From positions 195,051 through 259,050 of the forward strand of contig DAOUDP010000017.1 of the NCBI GenBank assembly GCA_034431195.1: a DNA stretch of 64,000 bases, read 5' to 3'. Both the position numbers and the translations under genes were made by a program. The notes below the pieces were generated by a model. It was not told the origin of the DNA, made no database searches, and saw nothing but the letters and a program-made list of their open reading frames with translations. Source of the DNA: Dehalococcoidia bacterium (lineage in GTDB: Bacteria > Chloroflexota > Dehalococcoidia > GIF9 > AB-539-J10). Position 1 is the first letter of the stretch; each line of letters opens with the position of its first letter. Shown in pieces: positions 27,504 to 36,935 of the stretch.

Positions 27504-29177
27504 TCAGGATGTGCTACCTTTTTGCTTTTTCTCTTCCTCCTCTCTGAGAACCTTACGAAGGACCTTCCCTATGATTGACTTAGGAAGCGCATCCCTGAAC
27601 TCTACAAGCTTTGGGGTTTTGTATGCCGCTAATTTCTGTTTGCAGAAGTCCATAATCTCGTCTTCCGTGGCTGTCTCACCCGGTTTTAGAACGACATAGG
27701 CCTTGATTGTCTCCCCTCTGTATTCGTGAGGTATGCCTACAGCGACCGCATCCATAACCTTGGGGTGCTGATAGAGCACCTCATCGATCTCTCTGGGATA
27801 GATGTTGAATCCGCCCGCAATGATCATGTCCTTCTTGCGGTCTACTATGAACATATAACCTTCCTCGTCCTCCGTGGCGATATCTCCGGTATAGAGCCAT
27901 CCATCTCTGAGCTGATTCGCTGTTTCCTCGGGGTTGTTCCAGTATTCCTTCATGATCAGGGGTCCCTTCATTATGATCTCACCAGGCTCTCCCTGCGGCA
28001 CATCTTCCACTCCTTTGTCTACATCCACCAAACGCACATCATTATCAGGGAATGGGACCCCGATGCTGCCGACCTTCTTGAGACCCAGTATTGGACTCGA
28101 GGTTCCCAGCGAGGTAGACTCACTCAGCCCGTATCCCTCGCTGAAGAAGATCCCCATGTCGCGAACCTGCTGGATAAGCTCCACAGGCATAGGCGCTGCT
28201 CCCGAGTTCAACAAACCCAGTTTCTTTGCCAGGTTTAGCTCTGTGGCCTTGGGGTGGTTGATGAGGACGGTGATCAGTGTGGGTACAGTGGGGAAAAAGG
28301 TGATTTCTTCGAAATTGGCCAGGAGCCCCATCAGTTCATCGAGATCAAACCGAGGAACCAGTATCTGGGTAGCACAATTGGCCATGGCCCAGTTCATTGC
28401 TACAATGTTTCCATACACATGGAAATAGGGTATCACAGCCAGCACGGAACGTCTCTCCGGAGGAATAAGAGGTGCAGTGGCACTGCCCCACAGGGAGCAC
28501 TGGAAGGTGGCAGCTACTATGTTGGCGTGGGTGAGCACCGCCCCCTTGGGAATCCCGGTAGTTCCTCCAGTAAACTGAATAAGGGCAGGATCGTCCTGGG
28601 CTATCTCGACTCGTGGAACTCTCGTGTCAGAAGAGTTATCCATGAGTGTTGAAAAATGGTGCCAACCCTCCTCCAACTCCAGGTCTTTAGGTGTGCTCAC
28701 CCCCATCCCCGTTATGTAATCGGTTACTTTAGTGACCACTATCCGGGGAATGTCCACCTCTTGAGCAACGGTTCGAACTGCAGGAAGGACAATATCAAAG
28801 GTAAACAGGGTTGTCATTCCAGTGGTTTTGATCATGGGTTTGAGTTCATCAGCCGTGTACATGGCGTTTAGATTCACCACGATAGCCCCCAGGGATAGAG
28901 TAGCCAGGTAAGCAATGACATACTGGGGGCAGTTAGGGAGATGAAGCCCTACCCTTTCTCCTTTCTGTACCCCGATGGCACCAAGCGCATTGGCCATGCG
29001 CAACGCCTGGTGGCGCAACTCCCAGAAGGTCATCTCAGTACCGTAAAAATTCAGAGCTGGTTTGTCTGGATGTGTACCAGATGAGATCTGAAGGATATCC
29101 TGAGCAGGCACCCGGGGATAGCGGATTGTAGTAGGAACATTGTAGTCATAGTGACGATGCCAGGGTTTTGTTTCCAT
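27504..29177 (-). CDS. AMP-dependent acyl-CoA synthetase/ligase (FadD-like)
   Basis: 557 aa; TGGTTGIPKGAVLTH AMP-binding motif, YGLSE, GWLYTGD, PKSIIGKVLRK. Confidence 0.88.
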   Translation of the reverse strand: METKPWHRHYDYNVPTTIRYPRVPAQDILQISSGTHPDKPALNFYGTEMTFWELRHQALRMANALGAIGVQKGERVGLHLPNCPQYVIAYLATLSLGAIVVNLNAMYTADELKPMIKTTGMTTLFTFDIVLPAVRTVAQEVDIPRIVVTKVTDYITGMGVSTPKDLELEEGWHHFSTLMDNSSDTRVPRVEIAQDDPALIQFTGGTTGIPKGAVLTHANIVAATFQCSLWGSATAPLIPPERRSVLAVIPYFHVYGNIVAMNWAMANCATQILVPRFDLDELMGLLANFEEITFFPTVPTLITVLINHPKATELNLAKKLGLLNSGAAPMPVELIQQVRDMGIFFSEGYGLSESTSLGTSSPILGLKKVGSIGVPFPDNDVRLVDVDKGVEDVPQGEPGEIIMKGPLIMKEYWNNPEETANQLRDGWLYTGDIATEDEEGYMFIVDRKKDMIIAGGFNIYPREIDEVLYQHPKVMDAVAVGIPHEYRGETIKAYVVLKPGETATEDEIMDFCKQKLAAYKTPKLVEFRDALPKSIIGKVLRKVLREEEEKKQKGSTS

Positions 29178-29482
29178 GGTTCCCCCCTCCTAATATTTAT
29201 TTGAACCTAGAAAAACCAAGACTAGACTAACTAAATAAAAATACGCCTATTGAACCCTATTGTTCCTCCCTCGCTCATGGGTAACGGTAACAAATAATCG
29301 ATCACAACGCAATTAAACTTTATATATAAGTATATTTAGCATCCATTAATGTTAAGCAAAAAGGTAAAGCGAGCTTTACTAGCGAAGCCTTTGACTAGTG
29401 ATGATTTCGTACTTGCCTACCCCGATGGCGCGTTAAGAGCAGTTGAAACAGAAAATATTGGCAAAGAGGCCTGAATCAAATA

Positions 29483-29510
29483 TCGGGGTGAGAGGATTTG
29501 AACCTCCGAC
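29483..29510 (-). other. tRNA 3'-end-like remnant (T-arm plus acceptor-like segment) on the minus strand
   Basis: Minus strand reads cggaGGttcaaatCCtctcaccccga (GGAGG-TTCAAAT-CCTCT T-arm); no complementary 5' acceptor strand or full cloverleaf could be built from flanking sequence. Confidence 0.2.
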
Positions 29511-29711
29511 TAAATGTTCGCCAATGCTTCCTCGGCCCTCGTCACCTGCCCGTCGGCTCCGCATTCGAAGAAAAGCGAAGTTTTTCCCACTTCAAGGAGA
29601 AATTTTATCGCCGCTTGCCGAAGTTTGGTATTAAGAATAGGTGCTCCCTATCTGCACACCCGTGACAAGTCCGTTAAGACACCCAGCGCAATCAACCCTA
29701 TTGCCTTCGGT

Positions 29712-30944
29712 TCAAGAAACTCGCTTGGGGCGCAGCCCCGTTTCCTTTATTGCTAAACACAGTCTCACAGTTACAAGGTTCAATACTCCGAGCAACAGGA
29801 ATCCGGGCCAAAACAGATGGCTAACGTCTATGACCACCCCCATGACGACGGGCAGGATAAATGCGCCAACACGGTTTAGCACGAAAATCAGCCCGATGGC
29901 AGAGCCCGTATGAAGGGGACCGATACCCTCCATTTCCAACACTATGGTTCTTAACAGGGGAATGGCGACTCCTACACCCACAGCAATCAAAATCAGCACA
30001 GCAATCAAGGGTACACCCATAAAAAAGGCTACCAGGGACATACCTACGCTGCTTAGCAGTAAAAAAGGCCACACAAAGGGCTTCCTGACACCGAGCCTGT
30101 CCGAGAAAGACGGCCCCACGACATTAAAGACACCGCTACTCACCAGGGTGAGTCCAAGAAGAAGCCCAGCCTTTGCAGCAGTCATCCCCTTTTCAACCAG
30201 CATGGTCGGGAGAAAGCCCTGGAAAGCAAGAAAGCCACCGACCAAGCAGAATTCCATTAAACATACAAACCAGAGATCCCTAACCCTGACGACCCTCTTC
30301 AAGCCCTCCCAGGTTCCCGGTTGACGTGCCGCACGTTCAGCCGTAATTTCCTCGACCGGTTGCTCTCTAGCCCCTGTAATCCACATGATGAAAAGCACCA
30401 CAGCAATAGCCCCGGTTAACCACATCGTTGGTCTCCAGCCACCAAGGAGCGGAGATAGCACCGAGGCACCCGTCATATTCCCAAGAACCAGACCCACACC
30501 AACTGATATGCTAAGTATTCCATTAGCCCGTCCTAGCTCCGTTCTACCGAACCACATGCCAATCCCCTTTGTTAGATTAGGCACGATGAAAGCCAGAGAT
30601 ACACCGAAAAGGAACATAGCCACCGTCAATCCCTGGAAGCCTGGCATAAAGCCGCGCAGAGCACAGAATACGGCTGAAAAAATAAGCGCACCCGCTATTA
30701 CTCTTTTCACTCCAAAGCGATCGGCCATAGCGCCGCCTACAAGCGAGAATAGCATCATCCCTAGAAACCATGAGCCCCAGATGATTCCTACCTGGGTATG
30801 TGTCAAGCTTAATTCAGTAGCAATCTCAGGCAGCAGAGGAGGCACCACACCTATGTTTAAGCCGTTAAGAAAGCAATCTATCAAGCAAAAATAGACAAGC
30901 ATATGTCGCCTGTATGCCCATTTCTGCTCTACCATCCTACGCAC
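29712..30944 (-). CDS. MFS transporter
   Basis: 410 aa, ~12 TM segments, MFS loop 2-3 motif (GAMADRFGVKR). Confidence 0.85.
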   Translation of the reverse strand: MRRMVEQKWAYRRHMLVYFCLIDCFLNGLNIGVVPPLLPEIATELSLTHTQVGIIWGSWFLGMMLFSLVGGAMADRFGVKRVIAGALIFSAVFCALRGFMPGFQGLTVAMFLFGVSLAFIVPNLTKGIGMWFGRTELGRANGILSISVGVGLVLGNMTGASVLSPLLGGWRPTMWLTGAIAVVLFIMWITGAREQPVEEITAERAARQPGTWEGLKRVVRVRDLWFVCLMEFCLVGGFLAFQGFLPTMLVEKGMTAAKAGLLLGLTLVSSGVFNVVGPSFSDRLGVRKPFVWPFLLLSSVGMSLVAFFMGVPLIAVLILIAVGVGVAIPLLRTIVLEMEGIGPLHTGSAIGLIFVLNRVGAFILPVVMGVVIDVSHLFWPGFLLLGVLNLVTVRLCLAIKETGLRPKRVS

Positions 30945-31133
30945 CTTAATTTCGCAAGATAGCCGCTACTCCTCTTTGAGACTCCTTTATGGTAACGAAC
31001 GGCTATTTTGTTCAGGCTTGGGAAGCTTTATCGCCGCTTGCTGAAGTATGCCCTTAAGAGTATTTACCCAGCTTTGCCTCTTCGCTAGCAAGAAGAATCT
31101 CGGCAGAGCTAGCCTGGTAAAATGGACTTTCGT

Positions 31134-31886
31134 TCAAGCGGATTTTATCCTTTTCTGTATCCTGAGCCACGAGTCTGTGATAAGGAAACTCTCCTCCATA
31201 TTGTGAATCATTCTTACAAACTTGCTCATAGGTACTGAGAATGTGAGTACATTGTTGGGAACAAAAGGACGCGCTGAAGGGTCGAACATTCCGATGACTC
31301 CTCTGGGGCGGGCAGAATCTCTTTCAAGATACGGATACTGGACAATTGTGGAACAGCCCGAGCCAAAGGGGGTGAATACTGCATTTTGCTCAGCTTCATC
31401 GAAACGCGCCAGAGTAAAGAGCCCCGAGAGAACATCGGGCTCCGCAAAGAAGATAACAACTTCAGGGTCGTCTGACTCCTCAAGCTTGTCCCATCTTTTA
31501 AATACTATGAAGCGTCCGGGTGCTTTGAACGTAGGCAAGCGTTTCATTATTTCCTTGACCAGTTCCGGAGATTTGCAATAGCGCTCACCGGTCAACTTGC
31601 CGGGAATTCCGTAGGAGAGGAAGTATTCAAAGTCTGGCATAATCCCTTCTGTAAAGCCAAGGTATCGTTTGCCCCCAGGACAGCCAACTGAGTCCACATC
31701 AAAACATGAGGAACTTCCCCTCCTCACATCTGATAATGCCCCAACCACACATCCTGGTACTGAGCCGGGCTCGACCAGCTTGGCATGTCCTTCTTCGTTG
31801 GTATAATAGAAAATAACCGGAAGTTCCGCACCGTCGAAATACTTTTTCCAGAGCCAACTGAATTTCTCTTTGATATGTTTGTTCAT
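31134..31886 (-). CDS. DUF169-family protein
   Basis: 250 aa; paralogous to 33447-34226; architecture resembles COG2043/DUF169 proteins. Confidence 0.55.
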   Translation of the reverse strand: MNKHIKEKFSWLWKKYFDGAELPVIFYYTNEEGHAKLVEPGSVPGCVVGALSDVRRGSSSCFDVDSVGCPGGKRYLGFTEGIMPDFEYFLSYGIPGKLTGERYCKSPELVKEIMKRLPTFKAPGRFIVFKRWDKLEESDDPEVVIFFAEPDVLSGLFTLARFDEAEQNAVFTPFGSGCSTIVQYPYLERDSARPRGVIGMFDPSARPFVPNNVLTFSVPMSKFVRMIHNMEESFLITDSWLRIQKRIKSA

Positions 31887-31893
31887 ATGGAAA

Positions 31894-33363
31894 CTAAGCA
31901 GTCACGTTTTCCCTTTTGTCGATGCCAGCTAAACTGCGAGCGAGCCTCTGCTTGAGGTCCATATCCGTCTCGCGCTCAATCATAATTTTCTGTGCCTGAG
32001 GCGAGCCCGCTCCATGTAGCGACTCTGTACGATAACTGGGAGCTATTTGGCCAAAAGTCATGGAGTGGATGAGCGTCAACATACGGATTCGGTGCTCTGT
32101 AGGTACATCAGGCACTCCCTTCAGGTATTTATCGACATATTTGCCCATCACAGGGTGCCTGAAGTCTTTTTCGGAGGGCAGTGTTACCAGAATACCGCCG
32201 GCTATGTCCTCGGCAAGCCTGCAAAGCTCGTAGGGAAACCTCGTCACATTGTGCTTACATACATTGGCTAAAAGAATGTTGGACTGGTAGTTGCCAGACA
32301 TAGTCTGCCACCCTTCGTAGGCGCAGGCTAATCCGCAGGCATGTATCGTTTCAGCGAGGTGAATCATCTCCCCGAGCTTCTCTCTGATGTGAGGGGCTCT
32401 GCGTGTCCCGTTGTAATCAGCCATTGAGGCCGCCGCCCCAATAAGCACATCGCCTATGCCCGGCTTGCAACCGCCGTAGCTCTGTCTATGATAAGCGGCG
32501 AATCTCTCCACCATCATAATGGCAAATTCGATCTCCCCGCACATGAAAACCCTATCCCACGGGACAAAGACGTTATCCAGGATAGTCAGTGTCTCCTGTC
32601 CACCGAAGCTGTAGTTGCCGACATCGATGTCACCATCCTCAAGCTTGCGCGTATCACAGGACTGTCTTCCATAGATGAGGTGTACGCCTTCAGCGTCCGT
32701 TGGTATAGCACAGCTTAGTGAATAGTCCTCATCGCCGTCCCGCATTCTCAGGGTTGGCATAATGAGCATTTCATGTGAATTCACGGTTCCCGTTTGACTT
32801 GCTTTTGCCCCCCTTATGATGATTCCATCACTCCTTCGCTCTACCACATGCACAAACATGTCTGGGTCAGTCTGCTTGCTTGGAGCCACCACCCGGTTGC
32901 CCTTGGCATCAGTCATGGCACCCTGGACACAGAGGTCATTCTGTTGAACATACTTCAGCCACTCTCTAAACCTGTGGTGATACTTGGTTCCGTGCTCCTG
33001 GTCAATTTCGTAGGTGGTACTAAAAACAGCATTGATCCCGTCAAGACCAACGCACCTCTGGAAACAACAGGCTGTCCTTTGTCCCAGCTCCCTCTGTAAT
33101 CTTACCTTACTGACCATATCACCGGTGCTCTTGAAGAGAGAGTTAAATCGGTTTACCTTCTTTTCTGTAAGCATCGAGCCCGTGGTTGCCAGTTCCTTGT
33201 TCTTGGGCTCGTGAGCAAGCTTGTAGGTCATCGCCACAGCGTTGATTGATGGTCTGATAATAGGATTATCAACCCAATTCTCCACCTTTTCACCAAGTAG
33301 ATAGAGGTCCAGTTTCAGCTTACGCAGACTCTCGATGTACTCTGCAGCGGTTTTCAATGGCAT
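31894..33363 (-). CDS. abfD: 4-hydroxybutyryl-CoA dehydratase / vinylacetyl-CoA delta-isomerase family flavoenzyme (AbfD-like)
   Basis: 489 aa; CCFQRCVGLD (Fe-S Cys pair), HxxxxxxC later in sequence, FGGQE; same length as AbfD; HpaB-like flavin monooxygenase is the alternative. Confidence 0.75.
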   Translation of the reverse strand: MPLKTAAEYIESLRKLKLDLYLLGEKVENWVDNPIIRPSINAVAMTYKLAHEPKNKELATTGSMLTEKKVNRFNSLFKSTGDMVSKVRLQRELGQRTACCFQRCVGLDGINAVFSTTYEIDQEHGTKYHHRFREWLKYVQQNDLCVQGAMTDAKGNRVVAPSKQTDPDMFVHVVERRSDGIIIRGAKASQTGTVNSHEMLIMPTLRMRDGDEDYSLSCAIPTDAEGVHLIYGRQSCDTRKLEDGDIDVGNYSFGGQETLTILDNVFVPWDRVFMCGEIEFAIMMVERFAAYHRQSYGGCKPGIGDVLIGAAASMADYNGTRRAPHIREKLGEMIHLAETIHACGLACAYEGWQTMSGNYQSNILLANVCKHNVTRFPYELCRLAEDIAGGILVTLPSEKDFRHPVMGKYVDKYLKGVPDVPTEHRIRMLTLIHSMTFGQIAPSYRTESLHGAGSPQAQKIMIERETDMDLKQRLARSLAGIDKRENVTA

Positions 33364-33446
33364 GATACATCATCTCCCTTCTCGTCTTTTTTGCTTGACT
33401 TCGGCTTCTCCTTAACAACATGGGAACAAATTCGATAAAAAGGCCC

Positions 33447-34226
33447 CTAGGGCTTTAAGTGTTTTTCAAGTTCTTCAAACTGCGGGATCTGCATGGGCTC
33501 AAATAACAGATAACTCTGAACAGGGTAGCGTGAGCCCGCCTTATGGGTTGCCTCAAGTCCTGCTATTAGGTCATCCACCTGAGATGCAGGTAGACTAAAC
33601 GCCATTTCGTGGTCCTGGGTAAGCCCGAGCACCCTTTCTCCTCTGCCGGGATGGATCAGATGGGCCTTATCATCTTTAAATGGCCATATCATCTCGCTGG
33701 TACAGGTAAACCCCAGGTTTGTCTCAGAGGTAACAACCCCACCCCTTTTATAGATATAGCCCTGGGCGAGTCTCATCATCTGCGCCGGATTGCCATATAT
33801 GACCACTATGTCTGGCTCAAGCCTTGTCCTTGAAAGGGGGGAGATATAGAGCCGTTCAAATCGCCCTGGCTCCATTATGGTCATTTTCTCAAGGGTTTTT
33901 ATAGCAGCTTCTTTTGTCTCAAAATAACCCATGCTCATAAGGAAATCTATTACTGCGTCCGGGGTTTCAGGCTCTCTCCAGCCAAAGCCCATGAGTGCCG
34001 GGATACAATTTATGTCATCTTTTGTTACCCCCATAGACCATCCCCATCTCCTGGCAATATTTGTTGCCTGGCATACGGCGGTCTTTATTCCCATGCTTGA
34101 AGGTGTCCCTGTCTTTTCCGGGAATGCATCTCCCTTTTTCAGGAAATTTACACCTAAAGGAAATGTATCCAGCCTTACATACCTATTCAATTGCTCTTCT
34201 TTCGCCTTCCATACATCTTGAGTCAT
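33447..34226 (-). CDS. DUF169-family protein (second paralog)
   Basis: 259 aa; similar layout to 31134-31886. Confidence 0.55.
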   Translation of the reverse strand: MTQDVWKAKEEQLNRYVRLDTFPLGVNFLKKGDAFPEKTGTPSSMGIKTAVCQATNIARRWGWSMGVTKDDINCIPALMGFGWREPETPDAVIDFLMSMGYFETKEAAIKTLEKMTIMEPGRFERLYISPLSRTRLEPDIVVIYGNPAQMMRLAQGYIYKRGGVVTSETNLGFTCTSEMIWPFKDDKAHLIHPGRGERVLGLTQDHEMAFSLPASQVDDLIAGLEATHKAGSRYPVQSYLLFEPMQIPQFEELEKHLKP

Positions 34227-34239
34227 AGCTACCTCCTTA

Positions 34240-34761
34240 TTATTTCTTCTCGTCTTTTTGGCGCTCCATCTCTTCCAGTATTAGCTCTGTAGCCAGCCTA
34301 GCAGCGGTACCAGCAACCTTTGAGCAATGAGCAAACATCTCAGCCTCAATGGCTTTTTCCAGCTCCGATGTGTCATATAGATTAAAAGTCCTGCCCATGA
34401 GGCGCTTCTGGATGTCATAGCATCTGCATGATCCATACTGTTCAACAAATCTGTCATGAAGCTTCTTGACCATCATATATGACCTCATGGGTTTTAACAT
34501 GTCGGAAAAGTCCTTCTTTTCCCTGCCAAAGAGGTAACTGATTGCCATTGCACCACCAACCAGGGCGCCGCACGAACCGTCCCCTGTTAAGCCCAATCCG
34601 TCTGCCAGCCCACTTGCACTTCGGAACACATCATCATTTTCAATATCCAAGGCATCGAAGATGCCAGCAATGGTCGTCTGGGCACACCCGGTGCACTTCA
34701 TCTCGTATTTGCGGGCAGACTCAAACGCCCTTTCTAATATAGCATCCCGCGAGTTTTTCAT
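34240..34761 (-). CDS. C_GCAxxG_C_C family protein
   Basis: CTGCAQTT near N-terminus, then GSCGAL and GSCRC cysteines in the spacing typical of this family. Confidence 0.65.
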   Translation of the reverse strand: MKNSRDAILERAFESARKYEMKCTGCAQTTIAGIFDALDIENDDVFRSASGLADGLGLTGDGSCGALVGGAMAISYLFGREKKDFSDMLKPMRSYMMVKKLHDRFVEQYGSCRCYDIQKRLMGRTFNLYDTSELEKAIEAEMFAHCSKVAGTAARLATELILEEMERQKDEKK

Positions 34762-34835
34762 AACTACCTCCTTATATCCCTCTTTTCTTCAAACCATCCT
34801 CAATTGATAAACATCCTTAATAGAATAAATATTCA

Positions 34836-35459
34836 CTATTTGCCCAGCTTTGCTTCCAGCTCCTTTTGCCGCAAAGCCATGGTCACATCGCCGCGAGTCC
34901 TCTCAATGACACCACGAATCGCATCCGTGGTCCGCCTCAAGCCATGAGTGATGATTTCGGTGAAATCCATAGTCATCAATATGCCATAAATATCATCCAT
35001 GGCACCGAGCAACTCTTCACAGCGAGAGAAATCCCCTCTCCTCATGCTATCCAGTAAGTAGCGCCTTAATTCACCCACCGCTTCGCCAAGTCCATTGAGA
35101 TATGCGGCATAATCAACGCCTATTGCCTCAGCTTTGGGGAGCTCTTTCCCAACGATCAAAGCGAAGGTGATGCTCCCTTCGGCGAATTCCTTTTTAGCAT
35201 CATGAACGAATCCTGAATGAAGCAAACCGGGATGGTCATTGAGGCTACCATTTATCTCCTGAACCAATTTGTAAGTTGAGTCAAGAATTTGCCTTGCCTT
35301 ATCCTGCTCCTGACGATGAACAGCCCTTATAGCATTGGCGCTATTGCGAATTATCTGGCGGCAGAGGCGCAAAGCCTTCTCCCTGGCTTCATCCTCAGCG
35401 GTGAAATAGGCGTGGATTTCTTCAGCGATAGCTTTCAGCTCATCCCCTAACCCTGGCAT
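34836..35459 (-). CDS. translin-family-like protein (tentative)
   Basis: 207 aa all-helical; segment YLNGLGEAVGELRRYLLDSMRRGDFSRCEELL resembles the translin/TRAX core (GL.D..GEL.R); 13-bp overlap with thiE. Confidence 0.4.
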   Translation of the reverse strand: MPGLGDELKAIAEEIHAYFTAEDEAREKALRLCRQIIRNSANAIRAVHRQEQDKARQILDSTYKLVQEINGSLNDHPGLLHSGFVHDAKKEFAEGSITFALIVGKELPKAEAIGVDYAAYLNGLGEAVGELRRYLLDSMRRGDFSRCEELLGAMDDIYGILMTMDFTEIITHGLRRTTDAIRGVIERTRGDVTMALRQKELEAKLGK

Positions 35460-36577
35460 TTTCTCTTTGCCTTCCTTATCTCACTAACCAACCCCTTGGT
35501 GGCTTTTTTGATATCTGGCTTGCTTAACACGGCACTAATCACAGCAACACAATCAGCACCAGCAGCAATTACCTCACCAACATTGCTTTGATCAATGCCA
35601 CCGATAGCCACCACTGGTGAGGATACTGCCTCCCTCACCTGCTTGAGAATATCCAGGCCGACGACAATAGCCCCTTCCTTGCTCTCCGTAGGGAACATCG
35701 AGCCCACAGAAATGTAATCCGCCCCTTCATCCCCCGCCTCAATTGCCCGTGATACCGTGGTAACCGAGCTACCAATTATCTTAGCCATCGGCAATTCTCT
35801 CCTGGCAACATGAACCGGCAGATCTCCGTAGCCAATATGGAGACCATCAGCATCGACTGCCAGTGCTAAATCCAAATAGTCATTGATGATGAATAAAATC
35901 CCTGCCTTCAGGCATAGCTCCTTAAGCCCCTCAGCAACGGGCAATAGTTCCACCATACTCCTTTGCTTATCACGAAGCTGGATAACCTTGGCCCCTCCCT
36001 GAATAACCTCTCGCGCTACCTCCAATTCATCCCTGCCACCCAGAACTTGCCTATCAACGATAACATAAAGGCCAGTCAACTCCTTCAGCTTATCCTGCCG
36101 CGTTAGTCTGGAAACCATCTTTTTTTCCACCGAATAAAGGCAGAACCTCACCTTCTCAAACCTGGTAGCATCCAGCTTGGAGCTCAGTTCATCCAGCTTG
36201 GCCAACTCCTCCAATACTCGCAGAGATTCCTCCACCCTGTTGGCATTGGCTTCGACCAGGCTGGCTAAATCAGGGTAGGACTGCTTGTTGAGATTGCTTC
36301 GCCTTCGGCTCGCAATGACAGAGGGAGGGCTCGCAACGACAGAGGGGCAGCTGTCAATGACATTTTCTCTGCCGACATCGTGTTCCGAGTCCCGTTCCTC
36401 AAGAAGAATTATGCCCAGAGACTCACCGACTTCAGCAAGACTGTGACGCGTGGTTCTTAACTGCTGGCTTAGTGTAGCGTCATTAAGAACGAAGCGGGCA
36501 ACATCTTCCAGAACACGCAGCCCCTCAGCAGAACGATTGAGGTTGGCATCAACTATACGAAGCAGTTGGTGAGGCAC
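35447..36577 (-). CDS. thiE: thiamine-phosphate synthase (ThiE) with ~160-aa N-terminal extension containing an in-frame repeat insertion
   Basis: C-terminal ~215 aa carries ThiE TIM-barrel motifs (LYVIVD, IQLRDK, GADYISVG, AIGGI); N-terminal extension has two helical repeats (DANLNRSAEGLRVLEDVARF / EANANRVEESLRVLEELAKL) split by repeat-encoded ENVIDSCPSVVASPPSVIASRRRSNLNK. Confidence 0.8.
   Translation of the reverse strand: MPHQLLRIVDANLNRSAEGLRVLEDVARFVLNDATLSQQLRTTRHSLAEVGESLGIILLEERDSEHDVGRENVIDSCPSVVASPPSVIASRRRSNLNKQSYPDLASLVEANANRVEESLRVLEELAKLDELSSKLDATRFEKVRFCLYSVEKKMVSRLTRQDKLKELTGLYVIVDRQVLGGRDELEVAREVIQGGAKVIQLRDKQRSMVELLPVAEGLKELCLKAGILFIINDYLDLALAVDADGLHIGYGDLPVHVARRELPMAKIIGSSVTTVSRAIEAGDEGADYISVGSMFPTESKEGAIVVGLDILKQVREAVSSPVVAIGGIDQSNVGEVIAAGADCVAVISAVLSKPDIKKATKGLVSEIRKAKRKCQG
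36291..36366. repeat. 76-bp composite repeat inserted in-frame inside thiE
   Basis: gagattgcttcgccttcggctcgcaatgacagagggagggctcgcaacgacagaggggcagctgtcaatgacatttt; same architecture as 14961-15035. Confidence 0.7.
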
Positions 36578-36923
36578 TTTGTAAATCCTTCAGAGGCTCA
36601 GGCATCACACCCTCTCTAGCTGCCTGTATTTCCTCTTTAAGCTGGGAAGGCATCTCTTCGCCCATCTCCTTAAATTTCTTCTCCGCCCAACGCCCGATGT
36701 TGCGTGGGTCTTTGTAATAATCATCGCTGAGATGCGCTGCTGGTTCGCCACTCTCCTCCCATACAGTTTGTAATGACTTATGGTAGGCGAAGCTTGATAC
36801 AGTACGGGATAAATTAGCGCTTCCGCAAAAGCGACAGGTGGCCGAAACAGGCTCCGAGATACTCCTCAGCAGAATACTCGTCTTTTCACGACAATCATGG
36901 CAGATAAACTCATAGATTGGCAC
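36549..36923 (-). CDS. FmdB-family zinc-ribbon protein with long charged C-terminal tail
   Basis: MPIYEFICHDC...CRFCG (CxxC-x16-CxxC) at N-terminus as in FmdB-family proteins. Confidence 0.65.
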   Translation of the reverse strand: MPIYEFICHDCREKTSILLRSISEPVSATCRFCGSANLSRTVSSFAYHKSLQTVWEESGEPAAHLSDDYYKDPRNIGRWAEKKFKEMGEEMPSQLKEEIQAAREGVMPEPLKDLQSASPTASYS

Positions 36924-36935
36924 CCTGCCTCCTTA

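Noticed and set aside
29476-29563. Complete tRNA gene on the minus strand
   Set aside because: A GGAGG-TTCAAAT-CCTCT T-arm-like segment exists, but no complementary 5' acceptor strand, D-arm or anticodon arm could be built from the upstream sequence. It is therefore reported only as a remnant.
29178-29711. tmRNA, RNase P RNA or SRP RNA in the long ORF-free region
   Set aside because: No conserved blocks found on either strand: no GGAAAGUCCGG or AGGGUGAAA for RNase P, no tmRNA resume/tag region with ...CCACCA end, no SRP AGGAAGCAGCC. This was not tested with a covariance model.
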